A stretch of DNA of 64,000 bases from Anaerotignum sp. (GTDB lineage: Bacteria; Bacillota; Clostridia; Lachnospirales; Anaerotignaceae). Position 1 is the stretch's first letter. Every line of letters starts with the position of its first letter. This document shows positions 61,944-64,000 of this stretch, in pieces. The position numbers and the translations under genes are program-made. The DNA lies in contig JAHHTX010000001.1 of assembly GCA_020024255.1 (NCBI GenBank), positions 2,200-66,199 on the forward strand. Reading direction: 5' to 3'. Below the pieces are notes generated by a model that made no database searches, had not been told where the DNA came from, and saw only the letters and a program-made list of their open reading frames with translations.

Positions 61944-62696
61944 GTGAAGGCATTGATTACAGGTGCAACCAGTGGAATTGGCAGAGAAATGGCTCTGCTT
62001 TTGGCAAAAGAAGGCTGGAGCTTGATTTTGGCAAGCCGTGACAGCAGAAAAATGCAGCAGATTCAGAAAAAGCTGCCTGTGCCTGTGCAGATTGTGGAGG
62101 TGGATTTGTCAAAGGAAGCAGATTGTTTTCGGCTTTATGAAACGGTAAAGGCAGAAAATGTTGATTTACTCATCAATAATGCAGGTTTTGGAGCTTTGGG
62201 AGAGTTTTCGGAAATATCTTTGGAAACACAGCTTTCTATGCTAGAGGTGAATGTACGAGCAGTCCATATTTTGACTTATCTTTTTTTGCGGGATTTTCGG
62301 AAAAGAGATACTGGATATATCCTCAACGTGGCATCTTCCGCTGGCTTTTTGGCAGGGCCCTTGATGACATCTTATTATGCCACAAAGAATTATGTGCTGA
62401 GGATGACAGAGGGGATATATGAGGAATTACGACAGGCAGGAAGTCATGTGCATATTTCTGCACTTTGCCCTGCTTCCATACAGACAGGATTCCAGAAGCG
62501 TGCCCATGTGAAACAGTCGATGAAAGGCATTTCCCCAAAAAGGGCAGCAAAAGCAGGTTTGGATGGTGTTTTCAAAGGGAAGCCGTTTGTATTGCCAGAT
62601 ATTGTAACAAAAGTGGCATATATCATACAGCGGTTTGTGCCGGAAAGGGTTCTCTTACGGATTACTTATGGTATACAAGCGAAAAAGAGGGGATAG
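61944..62696 (+). CDS. Short-chain dehydrogenase/reductase (DltE-like)
   Basis: GTG start after AGGAGG; TGATSGIG, NNAG, YYATK. Confidence 0.9.
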   Translation: MKALITGATSGIGREMALLLAKEGWSLILASRDSRKMQQIQKKLPVPVQIVEVDLSKEADCFRLYETVKAENVDLLINNAGFGALGEFSEISLETQLSMLEVNVRAVHILTYLFLRDFRKRDTGYILNVASSAGFLAGPLMTSYYATKNYVLRMTEGIYEELRQAGSHVHISALCPASIQTGFQKRAHVKQSMKGISPKRAAKAGLDGVFKGKPFVLPDIVTKVAYIIQRFVPERVLLRITYGIQAKKRG

Positions 62697-62699
62697 TCT

Positions 62700-63545
62700 A
62701 TGCGTCGTTTGGAAAAGTGGATAGAAAAGAAGTCAGGGTGGCAGAAAACCCTGCTGCTGACCATACAAGGATATTTTACCCATAATATTGGGCGGACTGC
62801 GGCAGCAATGGTATATTACCTTTTGTTTGCTTTGTTTCCCTTTCTGATTTTTGTCACCTCTCTTTTAGGGGTGCTGCATTTGCCAATGATTTCTCTGGAA
62901 GGGGATTTTGCCCATTTTTTACCTGATGATGTCATTTCCCTTTTGAATCTTGCCATTCTTCATGTAACGGAAAACAGTAGTGGAACGATTTTGACATTGG
63001 GCTTGATTTTTACCATTTGGTTTCCTCTGCGGGCAATTTCCAATTTGGTTGGTGTAGTAGGAGAAATTTATGGCTGCCCCCGTTCTGGAAAAAAAATATG
63101 GCTGCCCATTATCGGATTGAGTATATTGACCATTATCGCAATTCCGGTCGTATTGCTTTTATTGATTTTTGGGGAAAATGTATTGCATTTTGTAGGACAG
63201 TTTATTCCCTTGTCAGAAACGTTTATTGCAAAATGGGCGAGCTTGCGTTTTCTATCTATGGCAGGTGCGTTATTTTTTCTGCTTTGTGCCTATTATTTCT
63301 TTTCTCCTTTTCAAAGACAGCCGGCACGCTATATTTTGCCGGGAGCGGCTTTATCGATGTGTGTTTGGATATTGTTTTCTTGGGGATTTACCTATTATAC
63401 AGAGAATATGGGGCGGTATTCTTTCTTATATGGTTCTATTGGTGTGATTATTGCTTTTTTCGTATGGCTGAATTGCAGTACTACAACAATGCTGATGGGT
63501 GCAGTATTCAATGCAGCTAAACGGAGAACAGAAGAAGAGGCATAA
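62700..63545 (+). CDS. YihY/virulence factor BrkB family membrane protein
   Basis: AAAMVYY..LFPFL, PGAAL, YSFLYGSIG. Confidence 0.9.
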   Translation: MRRLEKWIEKKSGWQKTLLLTIQGYFTHNIGRTAAAMVYYLLFALFPFLIFVTSLLGVLHLPMISLEGDFAHFLPDDVISLLNLAILHVTENSSGTILTLGLIFTIWFPLRAISNLVGVVGEIYGCPRSGKKIWLPIIGLSILTIIAIPVVLLLLIFGENVLHFVGQFIPLSETFIAKWASLRFLSMAGALFFLLCAYYFFSPFQRQPARYILPGAALSMCVWILFSWGFTYYTENMGRYSFLYGSIGVIIAFFVWLNCSTTTMLMGAVFNAAKRRTEEEA

Positions 63546-63587
63546 AAAAAGACAACGGAGATGACTTTACCGTTGTCTTTTTCTTTT
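63545..63587. terminator. Bidirectional terminator between convergent genes
   Basis: AAAAAAGACAACGG..CCGTTGTCTTTTT. Confidence 0.8.
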
Positions 63588-63645
63588 GCTCTGCTTTCTT
63601 TTTACAGAGTATGGGATGTATTTGCATCGTCATCTGTTTTCATTG

Positions 63646-63900
63646 TTAGGGAAAGCGATGAAGATATTTTTCTTTTGTTGCCATGCCGCCTCGAATATGA
63701 CGTTCTGCTTTGTTGACTTCCAATACACGCCGAACGGATTTTGCAAGTTCTGGATCTATTTTTTCCACACGGTCGGTAATATCTTTATGAACCGTAGATT
63801 TACTTATGCCGAATTTCTTGGCTGTTTCTCTGACGGTTGCATTGGTGTGTATCATGAACTTTGCAACTTCCACGGCCCGCTCCTCAATATAGCTTTTCAA
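63646..63900 (-). CDS. spoIIID: Sporulation transcription factor SpoIIID
   Basis: YIEERA, TVRETAKKFGISKSTVHKD, NKAERHIRGG..TKEKY; TTG start after GAGGAG. Confidence 0.96.
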   Translation of the reverse strand: MKSYIEERAVEVAKFMIHTNATVRETAKKFGISKSTVHKDITDRVEKIDPELAKSVRRVLEVNKAERHIRGGMATKEKYLHRFP

Positions 63901-63933
63901 AAGAAGCACTCCTCTAAATACATACTCATAAGA

Positions 63934-63963
63934 AATATATGTATTTTTACTCTGTCCTATGAC
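63934..63963 (-). promoter_or_regulatory. sigmaE promoter of spoIIID
   Basis: Minus strand GTCATA-N16-CATATATT; spoIIID is a known sigmaE target. Confidence 0.75.
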
Positions 63964-64000
63964 AAAGAAAGAGGGACAAAAAAACACCGTAAAAGAAGCA

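Overview
Chromosomal window from a low-GC, spore-forming Clostridia-class bacterium (gene content and order suggest a gut Lachnospirales/Anaerotignum-like organism; inference). Most of it is conserved core synteny: recG-rsmD-coaD-ylbJ-tmcAL-pta-ackA-DUF177-rpmF; murG; sua5-rpiB-upp-tagO; DnaD/DnaC pair; spoIIE-tilS-hpt-ftsH-birA-coaX-dusB; copA; alaS with a T-box-like leader; yjdF riboswitch and gene; spoIIID. Accessory content: an orphan minimal CheA-like kinase; an MMPL transporter paired with a large GLUG-type/coiled-coil surface protein; an SLH-GH18 hydrolase; a C-P lyase operon (phnDCEEGHIJKML plus a PHP hydrolase) with a candidate Pho box; and a lone processive GT2 with a coupled micro-ORF. 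Two copies of a small non-autonomous element sit in hairpins with long (21-27 bp) flanking direct repeats. Best leads: an ECF S-component followed by two tandem type III pantothenate kinase paralogues (one with both ATP-loop glycines replaced by serine) behind a structured leader, the hairpin-targeting MITE, and the MMPL/GLUG pair. No rRNA, tRNA or CRISPR array seen. All calls come from motif and synteny recognition, without database searches.
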